This document shows positions 56,212-64,000 of a stretch of 64,000 nucleotides of DNA, in pieces. The DNA is taken from the NCBI GenBank assembly GCA_964592485.1, contig CAZQEY010000001.1, forward strand, positions 95,935 through 159,934, read 5' to 3'. A program made the translations under genes and the position numbers. The number at the start of each line of letters is the position of its first letter. Position 1 is the stretch's first letter. Under the pieces are notes generated by a model, which saw only the letters and a program-made list of their open reading frames with translations, was not told where the DNA came from and made no database searches. Source of the DNA: an uncultured Planctomycetales bacterium. GTDB taxonomy: Bacteria; Omnitrophota; Gorgyraeia; Gygaellales; JAHJCI01.

Positions 56212-57633
56212 TTAGGCTCGCTGGAAATCATCCTTGAGTCTTATTATATCGTCTTCCTCTAAATACTTGCCGCTCTGCACCTCAACAATCTTCAGAGGAT
56301 AACCAGTGGGGTTTTCTAAGCGGTGGATATGTCCGAGGGGGATAAAGGTACTTTCATTGACATTAACATAAGAAATATTCCTGCCTTTGGTAATCTTGGC
56401 TCTACCTTCAATTACCACCCAGTGTTCGCTACGGCGGGAGTGTTTTTGTAAACTCAAAGCCTTTTTAGGTAAGACCTCAACCAGTTTTATTTTAAAACCT
56501 GAACCCTTATCTAAGACTGTATAACTGCCCCAAGGCCTTTTTACTGTCTTATGTGAATATATCTCCGTGCGTTTGTGCTTCTTAAGCTCCTCTACCACTC
56601 TCTTTATCTCTTCGCTTTTCTCCTTATGAGTGATTAATAAAGCATCTGGGGTGTCAACAATAATTAGATTTTCTAAGCCAAGACAGGCAATCAAACGATC
56701 CTTACCAAAAATAGTAATATTCTTACTTCCTGATTGAATCACATCTGCCTTTATAGTATTATCGAGCTTATCTTTAGGCAGGAGCTTATCCAAAGAAGCC
56801 CAAGTTCCTAAATCTGACCAATCCAAATTTAAGGCAGGAATCATTAAAAGATTCTTTGATTTCTCTAACACCCCGTAATCAAAGGAAATGGATTTAATGT
56901 CGCCCCAGATATTATTTATTTCTTCTGGTCTGGATATTCGCCTAACTAATCTATAAAGAGCCGGCAGATTTTCTTCAATTGCATTCAGGAAAGTGCTGAC
57001 ACACCCAAAAAACATCCCACTATTCCAGAAATAGCGTTTATCCTGAAAGAACCTCTTTGCACTATTGATATTTGGCTTCTCAATAAACTTATCTACCTTA
57101 TAAATTCCCTGCCTCCTGACTACTGCCCCCTGACTACTGACTTTAATATATCCATATCCTGTTGCTGGAGAATCAGGGGGAATGCCAAAGATAATCAAAT
57201 TATTTTTAGATTCGGATAAGGCATGGGCATAACACAAAATCTTATTAAATCTCTTCTGATTCTTAATCATGTGGTCAGAAGGTAAAACTACCATTTTTGC
57301 CTCAGGGTCAATAAGACTAATCAAGTGGCTGGCAACTCCGATAGAAGCAGCGGTATTTTTACCTTCGGGCTCAAAGATAATGTTTGACTGCGGAATTTTA
57401 AAAACTGAGGTATAGTTAAATATTTCGGGAAAGTATAACTGGTTAGTCACGATAAAGATATTCTCAGGACGAATTATGGTCTTAATCCGATAAAGAGTAT
57501 CTTGAAATAGGCTCTTAGCAGAATGGAGGGAAATAAACTGTTTGGGTTCAAGGCTGCGACTTAAGGGCCAGAAGCGACTTCCTTGACCGCCGGCTAATAT
57601 TACTGCATAGTTATGGTTTATTTTTTTTATCAA
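56212..57633 (-). CDS. manC: mannose-1-phosphate guanylyltransferase / mannose-6-phosphate isomerase (bifunctional ManC-type)
   Basis: AVILAGGQGSRFWPLSR nucleotidyltransferase motif and a C-terminal cupin PMI domain (GHIHRLENP). The apparent start is a TTG at 57633. Confidence 0.88.
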   Translation of the reverse strand: MIKKINHNYAVILAGGQGSRFWPLSRSLEPKQFISLHSAKSLFQDTLYRIKTIIRPENIFIVTNQLYFPEIFNYTSVFKIPQSNIIFEPEGKNTAASIGVASHLISLIDPEAKMVVLPSDHMIKNQKRFNKILCYAHALSESKNNLIIFGIPPDSPATGYGYIKVSSQGAVVRRQGIYKVDKFIEKPNINSAKRFFQDKRYFWNSGMFFGCVSTFLNAIEENLPALYRLVRRISRPEEINNIWGDIKSISFDYGVLEKSKNLLMIPALNLDWSDLGTWASLDKLLPKDKLDNTIKADVIQSGSKNITIFGKDRLIACLGLENLIIVDTPDALLITHKEKSEEIKRVVEELKKHKRTEIYSHKTVKRPWGSYTVLDKGSGFKIKLVEVLPKKALSLQKHSRRSEHWVVIEGRAKITKGRNISYVNVNESTFIPLGHIHRLENPTGYPLKIVEVQSGKYLEEDDIIRLKDDFQRA

Positions 57634-57710
57634 AATTTTCTAACCACAGATAAACGCAGATTAACACTGTTTAAAATACAAATTCTTTGCAGTTTAATTA
57701 ATTCTTTATT

Positions 57711-57740
57711 CTGTGTTTCCCTGTGTTCACCTGTGGTTTA
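57711..57740 (-). promoter_or_regulatory. three phased 10-bp direct repeats (CTGTGTTTCC / CTGTGTTCAC / CTGTGGTTTA) in the 111-bp gap upstream of manC; candidate operator or promoter element
   Basis: Seen directly in the sequence. The repeats have one-helical-turn spacing, and this is the largest intergenic gap in the right half of the window. No consensus promoter could be assigned with confidence. Confidence 0.25.
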
Positions 57741-57744
57741 TACT

Positions 57745-58650
57745 TTACTTTGCTTCAAGAAAATGTTTAAGCGCCTCCTGCCAGGGTCTCAACTTTAAGT
57801 TAAACGCACTCATCAACTTGGAATTATCGAGCAAAGACATCCGCGGCCTCCGGGCCGGGCGATTACTTTCTTTAGAGCTGACTGGCAAGACTTGCGTTTT
57901 TAGCTGCTTAAGTGAGAGTATCTGTCTTGCAAATTCATACCAGGAGCAACTGCCGCTATTACTGATATGATAGATCCCATAGATATCCGGTGAGCGGGAG
58001 CTGAGAGTTGAGAATAAAGCCTTGATTGCTCTAGCTAAATCAATAGTATAAGTTGGTGAACCAACCTGGTCATTGACCACTTGAAGCGCTTCATTTTCTT
58101 TGACTTTCTGTAAAACAGCAGTAACAAAATTCTTCCCTTTGGGACCGAATAGCCAACTGGTGCGTAGGATATAATATCTCTCTAAGCGGTTCTGGACAAT
58201 CCTTTCGCCCTCTAATTTTGACTGGCCATAAATATTAATCGGATTACAGGTATCAGTCTCTATATAGGGCTTATCCTTCTTCCCATCAAAGACATAATCG
58301 GTGCTGATATAAATCAGGGTAGCCCCGAACTCCTCTGCTACCTGAACAACATTTCCGGTGCCCTGCGCATTGACAGCAAAGGCTTTCTCTGAATTCAGCT
58401 CACAACCATCAACATCAGTATAGGCGGCAGTGTGGATAATAAAATCTGGCTTAATCCCGTTAAGTGCGGTAACTAAACTATCTTTATCCGTTATGTCGCA
58501 TTGAATAAAAAATCTGGTATCCAGTACCGAGTATCCAGTATCAAGTAGGTCTAAACCGAAAACTTCATAGTCTTCAGCAAGTGTCTCACAGAGACTCGAG
58601 CCAAGCATCCCCTTTGAACCGGTGATTATGACTTTAGTTTTCTCCACCAC
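57745..58650 (-). CDS. rmlD: dTDP-4-dehydrorhamnose reductase
   Basis: ISTDYVFDG, YGQSKLEGE and RTSWLFG are the RmlD hallmarks. The apparent start is a GTG. Confidence 0.85.
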   Translation of the reverse strand: MVEKTKVIITGSKGMLGSSLCETLAEDYEVFGLDLLDTGYSVLDTRFFIQCDITDKDSLVTALNGIKPDFIIHTAAYTDVDGCELNSEKAFAVNAQGTGNVVQVAEEFGATLIYISTDYVFDGKKDKPYIETDTCNPINIYGQSKLEGERIVQNRLERYYILRTSWLFGPKGKNFVTAVLQKVKENEALQVVNDQVGSPTYTIDLARAIKALFSTLSSRSPDIYGIYHISNSGSCSWYEFARQILSLKQLKTQVLPVSSKESNRPARRPRMSLLDNSKLMSAFNLKLRPWQEALKHFLEAK

Positions 58651-59582
58651 TGCTGATTATCTTGATACCACCTGATTGTTTCTTTTAGTGCCTGTTCAAA
58701 TTGATATTGCGGTTGCCAGCCAAGAGTCCTTATCCTGCTGCAGTCCAAACTGTAGCGGCGGTCATGGCCAAGACGATTCTTTACATATTCAATCAGGCTG
58801 CCCGGTTTATCCATTATTTTTAATATAAGTTCAGTGAGCTCTAAATTGGTTTTTTCATTTCCAGCGGCTACGTTATATATTTGACCAATTTCACCTTTAT
58901 GAAGAACCAAATCTACTGCCCTGCAATTATCCAGCACATACAGCCAGTCACGCACATTAAGTCCGTCTCCATACAAGGGAAGGCTCTTATTCTTCTGGGC
59001 ATTGGTGATAAATAGAGGGATAACCTTTTCCGGATATTGAAAAGGACCGAAATTATTACTGCTTCTTGTAATTGCTACCGGCAGATTATAAGTGACAAAA
59101 TAAGAACGTACTAAATGGTCGGCTGCAGCCTTGCTGGCTGCGTAAGGGCTGTTTGGCCTTAAGGGGCTTTCTTCGGTAAAAGAACCCCTTTCAATTGAGC
59201 CGTATACCTCATCCGAGCTAATCTGGATATATTTACTGAGACTGTATTTTTTAGCCGCTTCCAGAAGAACATGGACCCCATAGACATTAGTACGGACGAA
59301 ATCGGAAGCATCCGTGATTGACCTGTCTACATGGGTCTGGGCCGCAAAGTTTATTATCGCATCGCAATTCCTGGCTATATCATTTACAATGCCGGAATCG
59401 CAAATATCTCCCTTGACGAATTTGTACCCGGGGCTGTTCTCTATGTCCTTCAAATTGTTGAGGTTCCCGCAGTAAGTAAGCTTGTCGAGATTAATTATTC
59501 TATATTCAGGATATTTATTTAAAATATGGCGGATAAAATTAGAACCGATAAAACCCGCCCCTCCCGTAACTAGAATCCTCAT
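58626..59582 (-). CDS. rmlB: dTDP-glucose 4,6-dehydratase
   Basis: MRILVTGGAGFIGSNFIRH..YRIINLDKLTYCGN matches the RmlB N-terminus. YAASKAA catalytic motif. Confidence 0.9.
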   Translation of the reverse strand: MRILVTGGAGFIGSNFIRHILNKYPEYRIINLDKLTYCGNLNNLKDIENSPGYKFVKGDICDSGIVNDIARNCDAIINFAAQTHVDRSITDASDFVRTNVYGVHVLLEAAKKYSLSKYIQISSDEVYGSIERGSFTEESPLRPNSPYAASKAAADHLVRSYFVTYNLPVAITRSSNNFGPFQYPEKVIPLFITNAQKNKSLPLYGDGLNVRDWLYVLDNCRAVDLVLHKGEIGQIYNVAAGNEKTNLELTELILKIMDKPGSLIEYVKNRLGHDRRYSLDCSRIRTLGWQPQYQFEQALKETIRWYQDNQQWWRKLKS

Positions 59583-60322
59583 CTTAATCTTGCGTTATTC
59601 TGTTTCAATAATTTCCTGCGCACAAGCGTTGCGGCCCTATATAGAGTTTCCGGCAAGCCGCAGTCAGTCCAAAAGCCCTCAAGAATATCATAATAAAGCT
59701 GCCCCCTCTTAAGATATGTATTGTTGACATCGGTTATTTCCAATTCGCCTCTCCGGGAGGGCTTCAGGGTGCGGATGAAGTCAAAAACCTGGCTATCATA
59801 CATATATATTCCGGTGACGATATAATTTGATTTGGGCCTTTTTGGTTTTTCGGAAATTGTCATGATTTTTCCGCCCTGAAGTTGAACCACACCAAATCTC
59901 TCCGGGTCAGGAACCTCTTTAATTAGAATTCTCGCCCCCCCAGCCTGTCCCGAGAATCTTTCTACATATTTTTTTATTGATTTCTCGATAATATTATCTC
60001 CCAAAATAACCACAATCTTCTGACCTTCAGCAAAATGCTCAGCTAAACCTAAGGCATCGGCAATCCCCTTTTCTCCCCGCTGATAAGTATAGTTAATATG
60101 TTTCAAGCCAAATTCCTCGCCGTTGCCTAAGAGTCTTAAGAAATCTCCGGCGTTGTTTCCACCGGTAACAATCATAATGTCCTTTATCCCCGCATCAACC
60201 AGAGTCTGAATGGGGTAATATATCATCGGCTTGTTGTAAACACATAAAAGGTGTTTGTTGGTAATCCTTGTCAATGGCTCAAGCCGCCTGCCTAAACCAC
60301 CGGCTAAAATTACGCCCTTCAT
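59579..60322 (-). CDS. rmlA: glucose-1-phosphate thymidylyltransferase (short form)
   Basis: MKGVILAGGLGRRLEPLT...NKHLLCVYNKPMIYYP matches the RmlA N-terminus. I placed the start at ATG 60322 with an AAGGAAGGA RBS; the track start is a GTG 21 nt upstream. Confidence 0.8.
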   Translation of the reverse strand: MKGVILAGGLGRRLEPLTRITNKHLLCVYNKPMIYYPIQTLVDAGIKDIMIVTGGNNAGDFLRLLGNGEEFGLKHINYTYQRGEKGIADALGLAEHFAEGQKIVVILGDNIIEKSIKKYVERFSGQAGGARILIKEVPDPERFGVVQLQGGKIMTISEKPKRPKSNYIVTGIYMYDSQVFDFIRTLKPSRRGELEITDVNNTYLKRGQLYYDILEGFWTDCGLPETLYRAATLVRRKLLKQNNARLR

Positions 60323-60324
60323 GC

Positions 60325-60777
60325 CTAATCCTTCCTTTCCCACTTATAACCTATCTTTTCATCAAAGGAATCCAATCTATATTCGTCAGGATTATTAAGA
60401 TTGTAAGGCTTAGTGACGGTATTTATCACAATTGCCTCAGAATCGCCGACATTCTTGAATCCATGATAGACTTCTTTCGGAACGTGAATCAATTTCGGTT
60501 CAGCGGGACTAATCACAAAATCATTTATTTCGCCGAAGGTAGATGAATTGACCCGTGCATCATATAAAGCAAGGATAATCTTTCCGGATACGCAAGTGAA
60601 ATTATCCGACTGTAATTTGTGATAGTGCCAGGCTTTTATTATTCCCGGATAAGCAGTGGTCATATATACCTGACCGAACTTCTCGAACATTTCATCATCG
60701 CAGCGCAGAATCTCCATTAGTCTGCCTCGATTATCTGGAATTACCTTTAATACCTTGACCTTAACCCCTTGAATCAT
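60325..60777 (-). CDS. rmlC: dTDP-4-dehydrorhamnose 3,5-epimerase
   Basis: VYMTTAYPGIIKAWHYHK...HGFKNVGDSEAIVIN is the RmlC cupin signature. I placed the start at ATG 60777; the track's 45-aa N-terminal extension is unlike protein and overlaps the upstream gene. Confidence 0.8.
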   Translation of the reverse strand: MIQGVKVKVLKVIPDNRGRLMEILRCDDEMFEKFGQVYMTTAYPGIIKAWHYHKLQSDNFTCVSGKIILALYDARVNSSTFGEINDFVISPAEPKLIHVPKEVYHGFKNVGDSEAIVINTVTKPYNLNNPDEYRLDSFDEKIGYKWERKD

Positions 60778-61720
60778 TATTACCCCTTCCCTTAAGGTTC
60801 TGCTTAAACCAGGCGATTGTCTTCTTAAGCCCTTCCTCCAAAGATACTTTTGGCTGCCAGTTAAGTAATCTTTTGGCTTTGGTAATATCCGGCTGCCTTT
60901 GCTTAGGGTCATCCTGAGGCAAGGGTAAGAATTTAATTTTGGATTTGGAGTTAATCAAATCGGTTATCTTCTTTGCCAACTCCATAACAGTAAATTCACA
61001 TGGGTTGCCTAAGTTTAGTAAACCAGAATAATCGACGTGCATAAATTTAATAATCCCTTCGACTAAATCATCTATATAACAAAAGGAGCGTGTCTGAAAG
61101 CCATCACCATAAATAGTAAGGTCATCATTATTTAATGCCTGGGAGATAAGATTTGAAACTACCCGACCATCATCCATCCGCATGAAAGGCCCGTAAGTAT
61201 TGAATATTCTAACAATTTTTATATATATATTATGTTGCCTCTTATAAGCAAAGGCCATCGCTTCAGCTGCACGCTTTGCTTCGTCGTAGCAAGAGCGAGG
61301 CCCAATAGGATTTACATTGCCAAAATATTCCTCTGGTTGAGGATGAATTAACGGGTCTCCATAGATCTCTGAGGTAGAAGCAAGAAATAATTTAGCACGT
61401 TTTTCCTTAACGATCCCTAAGCAATTATGCGTGCCTAACGTTCCCACCTTTAAGGTTTTTATGGGATATTCTAAATAATCTTTAGGAGAAGCTGGCGAGG
61501 CAAAATGCATAACCCAATCCAAATCTTCATCAATATACAAAGGCTGAGAGATATCATGGGTTATCAATTTAAAATTCGACTGGTTTAATAAATCCTTAAT
61601 GTTTTCTTCTCGACCGGTGATAAAATTATCCACACAGATAATAGAATTCCCGCCGATTAACAGTTTTTTGCACAAATGCGAGCCAATAAAACCTGCGCCT
61701 CCAGTGATTAAAATATTCAT
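60761..61720 (-). CDS. UDP-glucuronate decarboxylase (UDP-xylose synthase)
   Basis: MNILITGGAGFIGSHLCKKL...VDNFITGREENI...TSEIYGDPLIHPQPEEYFGNVNPIGPRSCYDEAKR is near-canonical for UXS. Confidence 0.9.
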   Translation of the reverse strand: MNILITGGAGFIGSHLCKKLLIGGNSIICVDNFITGREENIKDLLNQSNFKLITHDISQPLYIDEDLDWVMHFASPASPKDYLEYPIKTLKVGTLGTHNCLGIVKEKRAKLFLASTSEIYGDPLIHPQPEEYFGNVNPIGPRSCYDEAKRAAEAMAFAYKRQHNIYIKIVRIFNTYGPFMRMDDGRVVSNLISQALNNDDLTIYGDGFQTRSFCYIDDLVEGIIKFMHVDYSGLLNLGNPCEFTVMELAKKITDLINSKSKIKFLPLPQDDPKQRQPDITKAKRLLNWQPKVSLEEGLKKTIAWFKQNLKGRGNNDSRG

Positions 61721-61771
61721 ATTTCTATATTACCATGCGGAGTATTGTGCGAAATTCTGTTTCAAGCAAGG

Positions 61772-63076
61772 TTAGGCACGACCAATCGATTTGTAAATAA
61801 AGCCGAGTTTAAACATCTGTCTCGGCTCAAAGATGTTTCTTCCATCGACAATAATCGGCTGGCGCAATAATCTTTTTATTCTGGCTAAGTCAAGATGCCG
61901 AAATTCCTCCCATTCAGTCATAATCAGGAGACAGTCACTGTTCCTCGCCACTTCATAAGGGCTTTGGCAAAATTTTATATCCTTCAGTTCCTTTTTTGCC
62001 TGTGGCATTGCTTGTGGGTCATACGCCTTTATCCTTGCCCCCTCATCCTGCAGCATCCTAATAACATCTATGGAAACAGAAAAGCGTATATCATCGGTAT
62101 TTGGCTTAAAGCTTAAACCGAGGATACCGATTGTCTTTCCTGAAATAATCCATATTGCTTCCTCGATCTTTTTTAGCAAAAGTTGTTTTTGTTCTCTGTT
62201 TATTTTTGCTACCTCTTTAAGTATCCCGAAATCATACCCGGCTTTCTTAGCGATATAAATAAATGCCTCTAAGTCTTTTGGGAAACAAAACCCACCAAAA
62301 CCACAACCAGCATCCAGAAACGCCCGACCAATGCGCCTATCCAGTCCCATACCGTCAGCTACCTTGACCACATCCGCACCTACCCTCTCACAAAATTGAG
62401 CAACTGCATTAATAAAGGAAATCTTGGTGGCTAAAAAGGAGTTTGAGGCATGCTTAATCATCTCCGCCGTCTTAATATTAGTAATCACAATTGGTGCCTT
62501 AATTGGCCTAAATAGTATGCACATAATCCTCTCTGCCCTTTTATCATTAACACCCAATATAATACGGTCGGGATGCAGAGTATCTTTGATGGCTGAGCCT
62601 TCACGCAAAAACTCAGGGTTAGAAACAATACTGAACTCTACCTTGCGCCTGTGCTTATTGTGCATCAGGATTGTATGTCGGATTCGTTCTCCGGTTTCTA
62701 CCGGCACAGTACTTTTGCTCACGATTATCTTATATTCTTTCATATTCTGAGCAATCCGGCGCGTTACATTTTCCACTGAAGATAAATCCGCACTCCCATC
62801 TTCCCGGGGAGGCGTACTGACACAAATAAAAATAATTAAGGATTTATTCACTAGGTCAGGCATACTGGAGGTAAAGATTAATCTTTTTGCTTTAAGATTC
62901 TTCTTAACCAGCATTTTAAGTCCGGGCTCATAAATCGGGACAATGCCTTTTTGGAGTTTTTTAATCTTTTGTTGGTCGCTATCCTGACAGATTACCCTAT
63001 TTCCTAAATCAGCAAACACTGCCGCGGTAACCAAACCTACATGGCCTGCCCCAATAACTCCAATTTGCTGCATCAT
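61772..63076 (-). CDS. ugd: UDP-glucose / UDP-N-acetylhexosamine 6-dehydrogenase (UDPG_MGDP_dh family)
   Basis: IGVIGAGHVGLVTAAVFADLGNRVICQD NAD-binding N-terminus, catalytic-Cys region GFGGFCFPKD, and a C-terminal UDP-binding domain. Confidence 0.85.
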   Translation of the reverse strand: MMQQIGVIGAGHVGLVTAAVFADLGNRVICQDSDQQKIKKLQKGIVPIYEPGLKMLVKKNLKAKRLIFTSSMPDLVNKSLIIFICVSTPPREDGSADLSSVENVTRRIAQNMKEYKIIVSKSTVPVETGERIRHTILMHNKHRRKVEFSIVSNPEFLREGSAIKDTLHPDRIILGVNDKRAERIMCILFRPIKAPIVITNIKTAEMIKHASNSFLATKISFINAVAQFCERVGADVVKVADGMGLDRRIGRAFLDAGCGFGGFCFPKDLEAFIYIAKKAGYDFGILKEVAKINREQKQLLLKKIEEAIWIISGKTIGILGLSFKPNTDDIRFSVSIDVIRMLQDEGARIKAYDPQAMPQAKKELKDIKFCQSPYEVARNSDCLLIMTEWEEFRHLDLARIKRLLRQPIIVDGRNIFEPRQMFKLGFIYKSIGRA

Positions 63077-64000
63077 TTAGCTCCTTTTAAATTATGTCTA
63101 AACCACTCGACAGTTTTCACCAACCCCTTCCGGAAACTGGTCTTAGGCTTATAGCCAATAATCTTTTTTGCTTGCGAGATATCTGCAAGGGTCTTAAGTA
63201 CATCCCCTGGCCTGGATGGATGATAAATAGGCTGAATATTCTTTTTCATAATTTTATTGAGAAGACTAACTAACTCCAGAATAGTCTTACCATCGCCATT
63301 GGCAATGTTTAAGATTGCCCATTTAACTCTGCCCCTGCACGTAGGAGCAGAGTTAAGGTTGGGCGCATTTGCAGCTAAAAGATTTGCCTCGACAACATCG
63401 TCAATATAGGTAAAATCGCGTGACTGCTTACCTGTGCCATATATAGGAGGAGACTCATCGTTTAAGAGACAATGAATAAACTTGGGGATAGCTACTGCAT
63501 ATTCATCGTCTAATGCCTGGCGCGGACCAAAGACATTGAAGTAGCGCAGACAAACCGTAGACAAACCATAGTTTTGCGAATACACGCGACAGTAATGCTC
63601 GCCAGCTGACTTGGTCAGAGCATAGGGTGAAATAAGACGAGGTAGATCTGTTTCCTTTTCAGGAAATTTCTTTGTTTCGCCATAAATAGAGCTTGAGGAG
63701 GCATAAATAAAGCGTTTAATTTTCTGTTGCCTGGCAGCTTCAAGCATATTCAGGGTGCCATTGATATTTACTTCATTATATTCAAAGGGATTATTTAAAG
63801 ATTTCGGCACAGAGCGAAGAGCTGCCTGGTGAAGGACAACATCAATATCCTGGCAGGCCTTCTGGCAAGTGGGCAAATCGCGGATATCACCTCTTATTAG
63901 TGTATAGCGGTTAGCTGATGACGGATAGTTATTTACAAAAGATAGGTTTTCTTCCTTACCGGATGAAAAGTTATCCAGAACCACGATGGAATGCCCGCTC
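63073..64000 (-). CDS. UDP-N-acetylglucosamin(uron)ate 4-epimerase (WbpP/TviC/CapD-like), C-terminal ~309 aa; the 5' end runs off the window end
   Basis: The frame continues upstream of the track 'start', which is a GTG, to position 64000 (...SGHSIVVLDNFSSG...). Blocks VLHQAALRSVPKS, NINGTLNMLEAAR and YASSSSIYG match WbpP/TviC. Confidence 0.8.
   Translation of the reverse strand, partial: SGHSIVVLDNFSSGKEENLSFVNNYPSSANRYTLIRGDIRDLPTCQKACQDIDVVLHQAALRSVPKSLNNPFEYNEVNINGTLNMLEAARQQKIKRFIYASSSSIYGETKKFPEKETDLPRLISPYALTKSAGEHYCRVYSQNYGLSTVCLRYFNVFGPRQALDDEYAVAIPKFIHCLLNDESPPIYGTGKQSRDFTYIDDVVEANLLAANAPNLNSAPTCRGRVKWAILNIANGDGKTILELVSLLNKIMKKNIQPIYHPSRPGDVLKTLADISQAKKIIGYKPKTSFRKGLVKTVEWFRHNLKGAK

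Noticed and set aside
57841-57861. GC-rich hairpin-like sequence CCGCGGCCTCCGGGCCGGGCG (CGGCC-TCCG-GGCCG) in an otherwise AT-rich window
   Set aside because: It lies within the rmlD coding sequence and simply encodes an Arg/Pro-rich stretch (PARRPR). It has no T-tract and no intergenic location, so it is unlikely to be a terminator or a mobile-element end.
652-63000. All plus-strand ORFs in the track (60-167 aa), for example 11611-11877, 23210-23461 and 59482-59712, which contain KPAPPV
   Set aside because: They lie wholly inside strong minus-strand genes. The recurring KPAPPV peptide is the reverse-complement reading of the Rossmann TGGAGFIG codons, so they are antisense shadow ORFs and not genes.
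1-64000. Looked for CRISPR arrays, tRNA/rRNA genes, transposase or integrase genes, and toxin-antitoxin or defence-system genes
   Set aside because: I saw no periodic repeat-spacer structure, no tRNA-like or rRNA-like segments, and no recognisable transposase, integrase or nuclease families. Every sizeable ORF fits a carbohydrate-metabolism or transferase role, so the novel candidate system here is the glycan machinery itself and not a defence island.

Overview
This 64-kb AT-rich window is one co-directional (minus-strand) glycan-biosynthesis supercluster. I count 60 tightly packed or overlapping CDSs, all on the minus strand; the plus-strand ORFs in the track look like antisense shadows of them. 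I found no rRNA, tRNA, CRISPR array or mobile element. The right third (53-64 kb) encodes nucleotide-sugar precursor enzymes: RmlABCD (dTDP-L-rhamnose), UDP-glucuronate decarboxylase, a UDP-sugar 6-dehydrogenase and a WbpP/TviC-like 4-epimerase (truncated at the window end). It also holds ManC next to a clear GDP-mannose 3,5-epimerase homolog, a CDP-paratose-2-epimerase-like SDR, an FdtA-like 3,4-ketoisomerase and an EPS-type MarR regulator. The middle (25-53 kb) holds two separate nonulosonic-acid modules. One is legionaminic/NeuB-NeuC-type and includes a PtmE-like CBS-nucleotidyltransferase. The other is pseudaminic-type, with PseC, a PseG-PseH fusion, PseI and a PseF-like enzyme. Each module has its own acetamidino-forming trio: a PP-loop N-acetyl-sugar amidotransferase plus HisH and HisF homologs. 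The left part (1-25 kb) carries CDP-glucose genes (rfbF, and rfbG truncated at the window start). It also carries an unusual block in which an HpcH/HpaI aldolase sits between a KdsB-like and a NeuA-like cytidylyltransferase. Further genes there are a D-2-hydroxyacid dehydrogenase, a cyclase, a HAD hydrolase, several SDR epimerases, methyltransferases, a DPM1-like GT2 and two large GT-C-like polytopic membrane proteins. Across the cluster are four cobalamin-binding radical SAM enzymes. There are also four large (520-690 aa) proteins of unknown function whose C-termini carry TagF-like or KpsS-like GT-B motifs; I read these as candidate transferases using CMP/CDP-activated donors. An MsbA/PglK-like ABC exporter is also present. 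No Wzx, Wzy or Wzz, and no initiating phosphoglycosyltransferase, is visible in the window. The ORF track uses GTG/TTG as well as ATG and takes the longest ORF, so I moved several starts to internal ATGs that have Shine-Dalgarno support.
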